Source: Ostrea edulis | Lineage: Eukaryota | Direction of reading: 5' to 3' | NCBI RefSeq assembly: GCF_947568905.1 | Contig: NC_079169.1 | Span: 36,208,001-36,272,000 of the forward strand | DNA: 64,000 bases | Part shown: piece after piece, positions 1 through 10,743 of the stretch | How positions within the stretch are numbered: position 1 is the stretch's first letter | Layout: the number at the start of each line of letters is the position of its first letter | The notes under the pieces: model-generated | What the model was told of the DNA's origin: nothing | What the model saw: the letters and a program-made list of their open reading frames with translations, nothing else | Databases searched by the model: none | Translations under genes and position numbers: made by a program

Positions 1-1000
1 CCTGTTTTTCCTTTTTTGATAAATCTCTTCTTCTCTACTCTCGGCGTGTTTATTCTTTGCGTCAACTCACAAAGTAGATTAATTGACAGATTTACATTGT
101 ATCTTTGTCGTGTCTTTTCGCTTACCGTGCCATACTTATTTGAATTATTCCAAAAAGTTCAAAGAGGTACAAAACTGGGCATGACCTTAAAAGCCACCTC
201 AAGCCGCGGTTCAAAATGGTCGTTTCTAGGGTGAAAGAATGCTTTTTCCATTGCATGCTATTCGTAACTGAATCTCGAAGAAAATATGACAAGGTGGAAT
301 TCTTACAAAAACGATTATTACTTCCATAGACATTAATATCATGATGTTTAAAGATAACGAACATAAGAAACAAACCGATTGCCCCGTTGGATTCGAACTC
401 ACGATCTACGAATCTGTAGTCCAGCGACACGCACACACATTGCAGCGTAGACTTTTGTTTGTAAGGACACCCCCCCCCCCCCTCGTAAAAACGGGTCCGG
501 GTTAGACTTTCCCTCGGAAATGAGCCCATCATAGAATTTCCCCTTATGAAGAATTACCCAAGCCCATCTTTCACTTCTAGGAAAAAGCGCCCCAGTAAAG
601 AAATATCCCCCCCCCCCCTTTGACTCAGTACGTTTTCCCCGCTTCTTCCATCTTTAGCGAAACATCTATATTCGTTTCCGGTTCTATTACTAGAATTTAC
701 AAACTAAAAAAATTGATTAATTAAAAAAAGACGAAACACCGTGAAATCTTATTCACACAGTTAGGTTTTTGTCTACTTTAATATTCGATCATTTAGTAAA
801 TATAAGTATACATTTTTGAAAACCAATTTTCGATCAAAATGTTTATGCAATATCCGCGTGTATTCCCATAGACTGGGCAGCAGACACAGACTATTTCAGC
901 AGGAATAAGCTATATACCATTCACTACCCAGAATTTCGTGCGCTGTTCTCGTGTAAGTGAAGCTTGCGCAATGCGCCCTCTGGTGAGACAAGTTTTTACG

Positions 1001-1071
1001 ATTGATTGAATATTGTTTAACGTCCCTCTCGAGAATATTCACTCATATGGAGACGTCACTACTGCCGGTGA
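1001..1071 (-). mobile_element. SINE 3' fragment
   Basis: attgattgaatattgtttaacgtccctctcgagaatattcactcatatggagacgtcac matches the 3' end of the SINE copies at 1594-1908 and 5177-5408. Confidence 0.75.
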
Positions 1072-1367
1072 ACTTTTACGATAACACACTACACTGGAGA
1101 TCTATGCAGATCTGCAGCTCTCTGGGAAAATATTGGGACAGAGCTACAGGTCCAACCCTTATAAAAAAAACAACCTTCGATTGAAGGCGTAGAAAAATCT
1201 GTGCAGGTTTGAAGCCTTGCATCGCGCATCGCCATCTCAAAAATGTAATATCAAAAAATCATAATACATTTCCCAACTCTACTTGTGTTCAAACATACCT
1301 TCAAACATTCACTAAACCACAACGCAAACCAAAAATTCACAGCTACAAATGATTTCGCTGTTTCAAG

Positions 1368-1490
1368 CACAGGCACTCGACGTTTTAAATATCTATAATA
1401 AAAAAAATTGTCTTCCTCTAAACATAATATTATGTTTAGAGGAAGACAATTTTTTTTTATTATAGATATTTAAAACGTCGAGTGCCTGTG
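1368..1490. mobile_element. Palindromic MITE with 8-bp TSD (hAT- or P-like)
   Basis: Near-perfect 123-bp palindrome CACAGGCACTCGACG...CGTCGAGTGCCTGTG, flanked on both sides by GTTTCAAG. Confidence 0.85.
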
Positions 1491-1593
1491 GTTTCAAGCA
1501 TTCGCTAAGTACAATGCAGCTGTTTGTTGTTGTTACCATAAAAGGTTTCACCAAATGACGAGCATTGTGTGCAGAATAGGATTACACGATTGG

Positions 1594-1908
1594 TTGATTG
1601 ATTGAATATTATTTAACGTCTCTATCGAGGCTTTTTCACTCATATGGAGACGTCACCAAGACTGGTGAAGGGCTTTAAATTTAGGCCTTTGGCCATTGAG
1701 CAGTGAGGGTTCTTTAGCGTGCCACATCTGCTGTAACATGCCCCATCCGTTTTCAAGATCATCTCCGAGGACCTGTGACATTCACATCTGATGCCTAGCG
1801 TTTGGCGATTTTAATGTTTTAACGACTTAGGTCTGTCGCGGCCGGAATTCGTACCACGGCCTTCCGCATGCGGGGCGAACGCTTTAACCTCTAGACCACT
1901 GCGACGGT
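1594..1908 (-). mobile_element. tRNA-derived SINE, near full length
   Basis: Reverse strand begins with a tRNA-like head (gtggtctagagg A-box-like; ggtacgaattcc B-box-like), has a central core and ends in a (CAAT)n tail. Related copies occur elsewhere in the window. Confidence 0.8.
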
Positions 1909-1915
1909 CTCTTAT

Positions 1916-2048
1916 NNNNNNNNNNNNNNNNNNNNNNNNNNNNNNNNNNNNNNNNNNNNNNNNNNNNNNNNNNNNNNNNNNNNNNNNNNNNNNNNNNNNN
2001 NNNNNNNNNNNNNNNNNNNNNNNNNNNNNNNNNNNNNNNNNNNNNNNN
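1916..2048. other. Assembly gap
   Basis: Run of N. Confidence 1.
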
Positions 2049-2637
2049 TCATGTGACAGTATCGGAAATAGGATCTGAAAAGAGCTGCTTCAAGATATGT
2101 GACAGTATCGGAAATAGGATCTGAAAAGAGCTGCTTCAAGATATCTGTATAGTGTGATTTTCAATTTTATTATATATTTGTTATATAATACAGGATTTCT
2201 GCATCCCTGATATGAACAGAGGTTCGCGCCCTTTATCACACACCCTGTATCAGCACCCTTTATTTTATTATTTATTTCACCCTCAATCGTACGTTTCTGG
2301 AACACCTCTGTAGTTGTCATACGGAGTACCTCGGACTTTTTCGGCTTGGAAGCAGACAATATGATTTTGTAACCAAATAGAGAAAGAGAGAACGCTGGAA
2401 TCGTTAGCGAGGAGAATTGGAGAACTTGAGGAATTGATCAAGTTGGTCAAGATGTAACACTAATTTTAGCAAATAGTAATATCAAACTATACTTGATCTA
2501 AATTGCTATCTTATGTTATATACCGGTACATGTATTCATTGAATATCTTAAATCATTCTAAAACAGTAATCGTTGTTTTAACTTTATCTGTTAATGAGCC
2601 CTTAAAATTCACTATTTTCAAATATACAATAAAAATG

Positions 2638-2810
2638 ATAATACATGACCAAATCTGCATCACACTCCATATCAACCCTCGGCCAATATCAGCCTACGGC
2701 CCTCGAGCTAATATCGGAGTCTCGAGTTGATATCAGCCTACGGCCCTCGAGCTAATATCGGAGTCTCGAGTTGATATATGGAGTGTGATACAGATTTGGT
2801 CATGTATTAT
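2638..2810. repeat. Foldback element with internally duplicated GC-rich centre
   Basis: Arms ataatacatgaccaaatctgcatcacactccatatcaac / gttgatatatggagtgtgatacagatttggtcatgtattat; the centre gatatcagcctacggccctcgagctaatatcggagtctcgagtt occurs twice. Confidence 0.75.
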
Positions 2811-5151
2811 TCTCTATATATTTTCTCTGGTTATGTGGTCAAAACCACGATTATAGGACAAAAATCTTTCACGATAGCAATTCTAGCACTTTCAGTGATT
2901 TTAGTCACTTGTCGCCTAAATGGAAAGTCGCACAGCAATCCGTTTGATAAACCGGATTTCAATTTGAAAAGAATGATGTTTACTTTATTTTGAAGTGCTC
3001 GGTGTTTCTTATTTCTCATTGATGTTACCCGTGATACTCATCAAAACTGTATTTAGAAATCCCAAGTAAAGATATGTAATCATTACACAGTTTATCAAAA
3101 ACAAAGTTTCAGCTGTCACAGGAACTCGGAGCCCTAATAGGTATTCGTTCCAGTTCGAGTAAATCTTTTATTTCTGTTCATGTTAAAACTGAGTTTTGAT
3201 TCTTATACTTTGTTTTAAACTTGGTATTTTTAAAAGACTATGTGGAAAATTTGAAGAACTTACTTATATTTTCAGATAGAGTAGGCCTTTACTTCGTAAA
3301 CAATATATATTTTCACGATATTTCAATATCTAGTATAATGACTACTAAATAGAGTATTCCTCATGCAGGTTTTTGAGGTGTTTTACTATCAAGAAATAAA
3401 AATGTGCCCGAGAGACAATGCTCTATTTCTCTCCCCGTAATTTGAGTATATTGTAGATATCATGCATAGCTACCGTCCCATTTATATCTTAACCTTTCAA
3501 ATCAGATCACTCTGTATCTGTAAAGTTATTGTTTACGTTGAGCTTTGAACTGGCTAGTAGGGATTATTATTTTTCTCTCCATTGGACACTTGGAGGAATT
3601 TTGCCATATCCAATCCTTATCATTGGTGTTATTTGATTATATTAGCATTTTTACTATCAAATTACTTATCATTATATATTGTTGGTTTTTTTTTAATTCT
3701 GTTTCATCATTTTAAACATGTAAGCCTATCTATGAAAATAATGTATATGTTTTGTGAAAATATATTTCCTTCCAAGAATCATTGAAAGTAGGTGCAAGTG
3801 ACATTCAAATTGGATGCCAAATACTCCCACAATTTAATATACAAGATTTTTCAGTGACCTTGACACGTTACATTTAGCCTTGAAACAAGGTCACGTTTCA
3901 CAACTACTTGATTTTTCGTTCTGCTCATTTTGTTGTCTCTTCTTTGGACAATAGAAACAGTCTATTGGAGATCACAATTAAGCAAAACTTTATGACTACG
4001 AAATTATAGGACCAAACCAAAATTTTTATTTTGGTCAAACTCTGGGATGGACTATCGAAAACAAAACAGTTATAGTATTAAATCTCCATCACAACTCTGT
4101 AACTAGGGATTCATACCAATTCGATAATATGCCATTGTGTCTTTTCTCAATGAAAAATGAATAATAAAAAAAAGAATTGAAAAATCAAACCCTTTATTAC
4201 GTAACATTAAGTGCCTGTGTCAGAATCGTAAAGAAGTCAATTTATCATTTTAGAATGTTGATTGCGTTCCAAATACATTGCGCGTCATTTTTAGCAACAA
4301 TGCTCCTACTTGTTAATGACTAATCCCTGATCTCGCGGTGGATGGGATAATGGCGAGACTTACTGGATACTTAGAAGTGTGTTTGTCGACCTGTTTAGAA
4401 TGACTTTAGTTTCCCGGACACGAAGCTCTCTATCACTGCTTGGGGGAGATATATGGTCCATAATAAATGAACAACTTTACTTTCATTGTACAATCACCTT
4501 CAAATACTTTATCTCTCAAAAAACGTTCAAGTTGTCCCACAAACAAACCTAAATTTCACAACACAGATTTAGATTTAAGTGGCCACATAAAAGACACGAA
4601 AACACTCTTATTTCTTGCTGAGAGATAAGAAGGTGAGAACTAAAATAACCACCCCATGTATGTTAAACATTAGGAATGTATACACAGCACTATTTGCGAC
4701 CCGCGGAAACGTTATAAAGTCTGGTTAATAAAGACTGTTCTCCTCCCCCAGGGCCGACCGTTAGAGAATCATTCCAAGCTGAAAAATCCCACATGTCATT
4801 TCAGAGTTTATACCCATTGTAAGATTTTGGATTATGGTTAGGTCCGAAGTCATCAGCCAACTAAGACTGCTCAGCCTCCTGTCTAAAATACAATCGTGTA
4901 CTTTTACATGTACAATGAATTTAAGTCTCGTTTTTAACAATGTAAATGAGACAAGTTTTAAATTTGCCCTTTTCGTTTGATAACGTAGATCCACCACAGA
5001 ATTTTTTCTTTTAATCCAGAATATTTAAAAATGGGGGACATTGCACCTTAGATGATGTTTTTTCTGCCCCCCCCCCCCCCCCCCAATTACAGTTCCCTAT
5101 TTTGACAAAAAGTAAACTTTTTTAATTTAGCTTCTCTATACAAAATCTAGT

Positions 5152-5655
5152 CCCGTGGTGATCCGAGTTAGATTCATTGATTGATTGTATCCTGTTTAAC
5201 ATCCCTCTCGATAATTTTTCACTCATATGGAGACGTCACCAATACCAGTAAAGGACTTCAAATTTAGGCCTATGTTCGGCGCTTACGGCCATTGAGAGTA
5301 AGGATTCTTTAGCGAGCGTTTGGCGACGGACCTGTCACTACCTGTTTTAATGACTTCGGTCTGTTGCGACCGGGATTCGAACCCGCGAACGCTCTACATC
5401 TAGACCACCAGAATAGGTTCTCAGTACCCCTTGCTTGTCGTAAGAGGTGACTAAATGGGGCAGTCTTTCGGATGAGACCGCAAAAAACGAGGTCCCGTGT
5501 CACAGCAGGTGTGGCACGATAAAGATTCTTCCCTGCTCAAAGGCCATTAGCGCCAAGCATAGGCCTAAATTTTGCAGCCCTTCACCGGCAGTGGTGACGT
5601 CTCCGTGTGAGTGAAAGATTCTTGAGAGGGACGTTTAAGCAATATTCAATCAATC
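5152..5655 (+). mobile_element. SINE (Meta/Deu-core-like) interrupted by a second SINE
   Basis: 5' cccgtggtgatccgagttaga resumes at agaataggttctcagtacccc, followed by cttgtcgtaagaggtgactaa and cggatgagacc...gaggtcccgtgtcacagcaggtgtggcacg cores and a caatcaatc tail. Core naming is from memory of bivalve SINE families. Confidence 0.7.
5177..5408 (-). mobile_element. tRNA-derived SINE, internally deleted, nested
   Basis: Same tail and body as 1594-1908; gggattcgaacccg B-box complement at the right end. Confidence 0.75.
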
Positions 5656-7403
5656 TATACAAAATTTATGCGGCGGGGTTGGGGTGGGTGTAATTCCATA
5701 ACTTCCTCAACATCATCCACAGCAAGTTGCACCTTTTACAAAAATTGAGGAATTTGAAATGTGTAACGAGAGGAAATACAAGTAAACAGTTTTCTCTAGT
5801 TTCATGAAAGTAGTACAGTAATACAGATTCTAAAGCTGTCTGAACACAACATATAATTTGTTTCTCCTACACTTATTCACGAGTGCCCCGCCTCCCTGGT
5901 ACATATTCCTTATCTCAGGTTATAATCATTTTTCATCAACTACATATATAATTTTTGTATATTCATTGTGCATATTGAAATATTAAAATCTACTTCGCAC
6001 GTAAATGCTAAAAATTCAACAACAAAAAACAAAACAAAAAACCCCACACATACACTTGAATGAAAAATGAGTGTAGATAACGAACAGTGATCAATCTCAT
6101 AGATCCTATATATTAAAGAATATAAAACTGAGGGTAGAATTTCTTGAACACTCCATAGTATAATATACACTCGTCGTACTGGTCAAAGAATCTGGCTTAA
6201 ACAGATTTGCTTTGGGTTTAATGAAAATGGGGTGGGTTTTTTATTGGTATGGAATAAATACCTTATACTACATATAACTGATTTAAAACAAAAAAACAAA
6301 ACAAATATCCCCTGAAATGTGGACCACCAACCAGTGGGGCTGGGCGACCTACAAACTTTTGCCGGTTCGTAGTTTGTACAGCAGAGAAGCTAATTTTCAT
6401 AATGCAAAGAAATATGTAAGCGTTGTATTTCCATAGCAACATTCGATAGGTCAGATTGGAGGAGGGAATTTAATTACGGTATACATCGGATTTGATTAAA
6501 TCTTATTAATACCTGTGTGTGTTTGACGTTAAATTAATTAGCTTCATCCTATATTAATTTAACAGACTTTTGTTAAAGTTTCAGAGAACCTCCATCAATA
6601 TTGAATAAGAGATTGGCATAATTAGTAATGTAAGGGACGGTGTACGCTCAAAATTCATGAATTTTATTTCCAATATACGTTAAGAGATTTAAATGGGCAT
6701 GTTTAAATGTTTATGGTGCTGTGGGTTCAGGTTTTGATAAAATTTGACAATTATCATAGAAACGGGCCGAAATAATTAAACAAACAATGGTTTACACCTG
6801 AGATAGGTGAATTATCTTTATCCATTACCCCCCCCCCCCCCAACCCCCCAAAAGCTTGAATTGAAGTGTTTGTGTGTGTGTAGATCAAAGTGGAGAAACA
6901 CGCACTTGTCTGTTATATTCTAACAATATCAATTCAATCAAACATTCAATTTCTAATGCTAAACGTTTATCAACTTATAAACATACGTATACATATCCTG
7001 GATAAATGGATGGGACCAATATGTGGCTATTAACAAATGCAGGCAGTCCCAAACACGAGTTTAATTGAATCAGTATGAAAGCATAGCAGATATTTAATTA
7101 CAGAGCAGAGATATTTTCCAGTTGAGAGGGCTTATGGATATTTGCGAGCACATTAATGAGATGACGGCGAAGAGCACAATAAGGTAGCCCCTACACCCTG
7201 GGTTAATTACCGTATAAAGGGACGGGGGAGTTTATTTCATATGTCATATATTCTTATTGATTTATCACATTGGCTTTAGTATCCAAGGTTATGATAGTGC
7301 ACTAAAGATCTTCCTACTGCGGGTATTAAAATGTGGTATCCTGGCAAAAGTTAAATACCTGTATTATGGTATTCTTTGTGGCACTAATCTATCCTACTGC
7401 CAA

Positions 7404-7550
7404 TGCTAAACCTAGATTCACTGAAATAATATCTAACTCACTGCAACTGCTAAACCTAGATTCACCGAAATAATATATAACCCACTGCAACTACTAAACC
7501 TAGATTCACCGAAATCATATTAAACCCACTGCAACTACTAAACCTAATTT
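7404..7550. repeat. 44-bp tandem repeat, ~3.3 copies
   Basis: ctaaacctagattcaccgaaataatatataacccactgcaacta repeated with variants. Confidence 0.85.
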
Positions 7551-8308
7551 TCAATACACAAAATTAACCAGAATAATGTAACCCAATGCAACATGCAAAG
7601 CCATTTTCTACAGATACAAAGTTGATTGTTTCGCATAGTCCACACTTCCGTGTTAACTGTTGTGCAGTCTGTTCTTTCATGGAGTTTTAATCAGTCACAG
7701 CTTTGTAAAAAAAAAATCATTGATAGGCAATTACTAGTCAAATTATTTTACTTTCATCTCCAAAATCTATAGTTAATTACTCACCTCTCAGAATGAATTA
7801 AATGCCATGCCAGTTCTTATCCCAAGCAATTAAAAAAAAAAGGGGGGGGGTTGCCTCCTTTATTTTCCTGAAAAGTTTGAGGAAGTTCTTTCCTTTCTAT
7901 CAGACTGTTTAAACGGCAACATAAATCGATGTTTTGTGCAACCAACAAAAGCATTTCAAGGTTAGAATTACCCGTAAATAATGGTGTAAAGTATCGCGCT
8001 TTCACTATCAGAAGGAAAAGTCCTTTATAGTATCACAATCATAAATGATTTCGTCGACTCTCAAAGTGCAAAAAAGGATTTCAGTTTTAAGACCTTCGTG
8101 ATGGAATGTGTAGGAAAATCGCAATCACAAGATTTGAATTCTACGATCACTGTCAAAGAAATCGATAACATTCTATAGAAAATTCACGACGGTAAAGATT
8201 AGACATCTTACAATATGAGCTCATTTGTAATTAATTGTGATAAATAACTATAACTTGGTAAATACAAAATATCAAAGGTCATGTGAAACGACAGTACGAC
8301 CTTGAAAC

Positions 8309-8420
8309 CACAGGCACTTGGACATCTCTGATAAAAAAAATTGTCTTCCTGTAAGCAACATAATTTGCTTAAAGGAAGACAATTTTTTATCATTGATATT
8401 TAAAACGCCCAGTGCCTGTG
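8309..8420. mobile_element. Second, more diverged copy of the palindromic MITE
   Basis: CACAGGCAC...GTGCCTGTG termini and the same ttgtcttcct/aggaagacaa inner arms; flanks CTTGAAAC / CTGGAAAC. Confidence 0.8.
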
Positions 8421-9662
8421 CTGGAAACACAACAACAGTAGAACAGAAATAATTCTACCTTACCCTCGACCTCAAACCCTTTAAAATAAGTGCCTAATTT
8501 AAGTCCACGAAGCTGACTTGAACAGTATAAACTTTGAGGGGGGGGGGGGGTGACCCATAGCATTCAATGAGTAAAAAATAATTAACATTTCAAATTTGGG
8601 ACCTACAATTTCAAACTCAATTTACAACCCTTCAAATCTTAATCGATTTTGGGCTAAGCTGGACCCTCCTATAATTTTGATCAAGATATGTGCAAACATT
8701 GTAATAAAATTGATTCCTTCGACAACATTTCCGCTGCGTGCAGTCACTTCGTCAACACAGATTCCAGTTTACACAATACCCTAACGTCAATTTTCGGGCG
8801 ATAATGAGCTTTCAGGAGGGGCAATCATTTCTCATGTTGTCATATCTTTAGACAATCTTGACAGGAGAAACAGTAATCAAAGTGATGGTGTTCAACTTTA
8901 CCCCCCCCCCCCCTCCTAACCCCACCCCAGGAATCACAAACAAATGATGACATCAATATTTAAACCCAAAATCAAACACAAAACTTTAATTAGAGAAACA
9001 TTTTAAAAAACTAACTTTTTTGAATTTCTTGCTATAAAAACCCCCACATTGAAGGCTAATGCTTTTTATGGATATGATATGACGAGATGCAGGTTAAAGT
9101 ATGACAGCTTTATTCAATGTGAAGTCTATGAGGAAACTAAAAATATTCCTTATTTCATCCATATAGGAAAGGGCATTCAGAAATAGTCCATAGACTTTGT
9201 AAAGGTACAATTCATGCGCATCAACATGTTGGGGTCCCTTACTATTTATCAAAGGCAATACGAAATGATCCTAAATAATAAATTATATGCCTTCATTCAC
9301 AACCTTTCAATATTCAGTTTGCAAGTTCAATGTATAGAATTTTAATACAGGTAGTTTTGTGTGCTTTAAACCATCATTTCAATTTCGGGGCTTACCATCA
9401 CATTATGTTAGTATAATACACAAGGTTGTCCTCATGCATATTGAAGGAAGAAATGTAGATTTTACAACTAACCTTTATCTCGCTATTCTACCCCATTTAT
9501 TACAATTGTCCGTGTAAACACTTCATACGTCGCAGAGGAAAGAAATAAAAATTCATATGCAAACACTGAGACATTCATTTATTGAACTTTACCCCGTGTT
9601 CCTTAGTCAAGGATTTCCGACGCGCTACGTTCTTCATAAACCGGGGATGAAATGGGGTGAAA

Positions 9663-10052
9663 GGAATACCCTTGGGTTAAGAGAGGAATACCCTTGGGTT
9701 GAGAGAAGAACACCCTTGGGTTGAGAGGAACACCCTTAGGCTGAGAGGAACACCCATGGATTGGGAGAGGAACACCCTTGGATTGGGAGAGGAACGCCCT
9801 TGGATTGGGAGAGGAACGCCCTTGGATTGGGAGAGGAATACCCTTGGGTTGAGAGAGGAACACCCTTGGGTTGAGAGGAATACCCTTGGGTTGAGAGAGG
9901 AACGCCCTTGGGTTGAGAGGAATACCCTTGGGTTGAGAGAGGAACACCCTTGGGTTGAGAGGAATACCCTTGGGTTGAGAGAGGAACACCCTTGGGTTGA
10001 GAGGAACACCCTTGGGTTGAGAGAGGAACATCCTTGGGTTGAGAGGAACACT
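9663..10052. repeat. 20/22-bp minisatellite
   Basis: cccttgggttgaga(ga)ggaa(c/t)a units. Confidence 0.95.
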
Positions 10053-10429
10053 TGTATAATTGACTATATATAGCGAAGTAGAAATCTAGGGTTTTTTGTG
10101 GGAAATATATAACCTCTGCTTTTAACTACGTGTTCAAAGCACGTACTTTTGCAGATAAATTTGGGTCAAAGTAATTTAGTACCACCCTTGATTATAAAAT
10201 TGAAGAGAATGAAGTTTTAAAATTTTAGCAGCATTTACATGTAGGTGTATGTCACACCATCAATACATTTAATAGATGAATCAGGAAATTTGAGTTATTA
10301 TGACTGCATCAAAATACCTCAAAGGAACTTGGCGATGCCCCCACCCATTTGTTTGAATTGCAGCATTAAAGCACCAGTAATACTGGTTGCGTCTGTGACC
10401 TGTGTGTAATAGAATAGTGCAGTACTTAC

Positions 10430-10743
10430 GGTTTGCCGATATTCTTATACTTCTCCGCCCCAGCAGCCACATATTGCCCATCCTCCTTCATGTCATCAAA
10501 TCCCGAAATTTTGTGTTTTCCTGAAGGTGTGTATACATTCCTAATTGCACCAAATCTCGGGTTCAGAGACTTCCCAGCATCATCCAGAAAGGTGTCGAAA
10601 TTTCTGTACCGTTTAGGGTTGACTAGCAATGATTTACTTTGGTAGTGTTCCTCACCGTTGATGAAGAAATGCGCGGTGAAGCCTTTCATGGCGCCTCTCA
10701 TATAGTTGGGGATTTCCGTGTCCCCGTACCCGTGGTCTTCCAT
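10430..10743 (-). CDS. DCDC2: Doublecortin-domain protein, DCDC2-like, coding exon with one DCX domain
   Basis: MEDHGYG...AHFFINGE...FDTFL...FGAIRNVYTPSGKHKI...YVAAGAEKYK resembles the first DCX domain of DCDC2 (FGAVRNIYTP). The exon ends at a gtaagt donor (10429). The start ATG at 10743 is assumed; downstream exons were not found. Confidence 0.8.

Noticed and set aside
2049-2143. Tandem ~47-bp duplication right after the gap
   Set aside because: It abuts an assembly gap and may be an artefact.
4740-4885. Exon-like segments on either strand
   Set aside because: Splice sites and frames are ambiguous and could not be linked to any gene model.
9603-10073. Three overlapping ORFs of 124-142 aa
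   Set aside because: They are translations of the 20/22-bp minisatellite.
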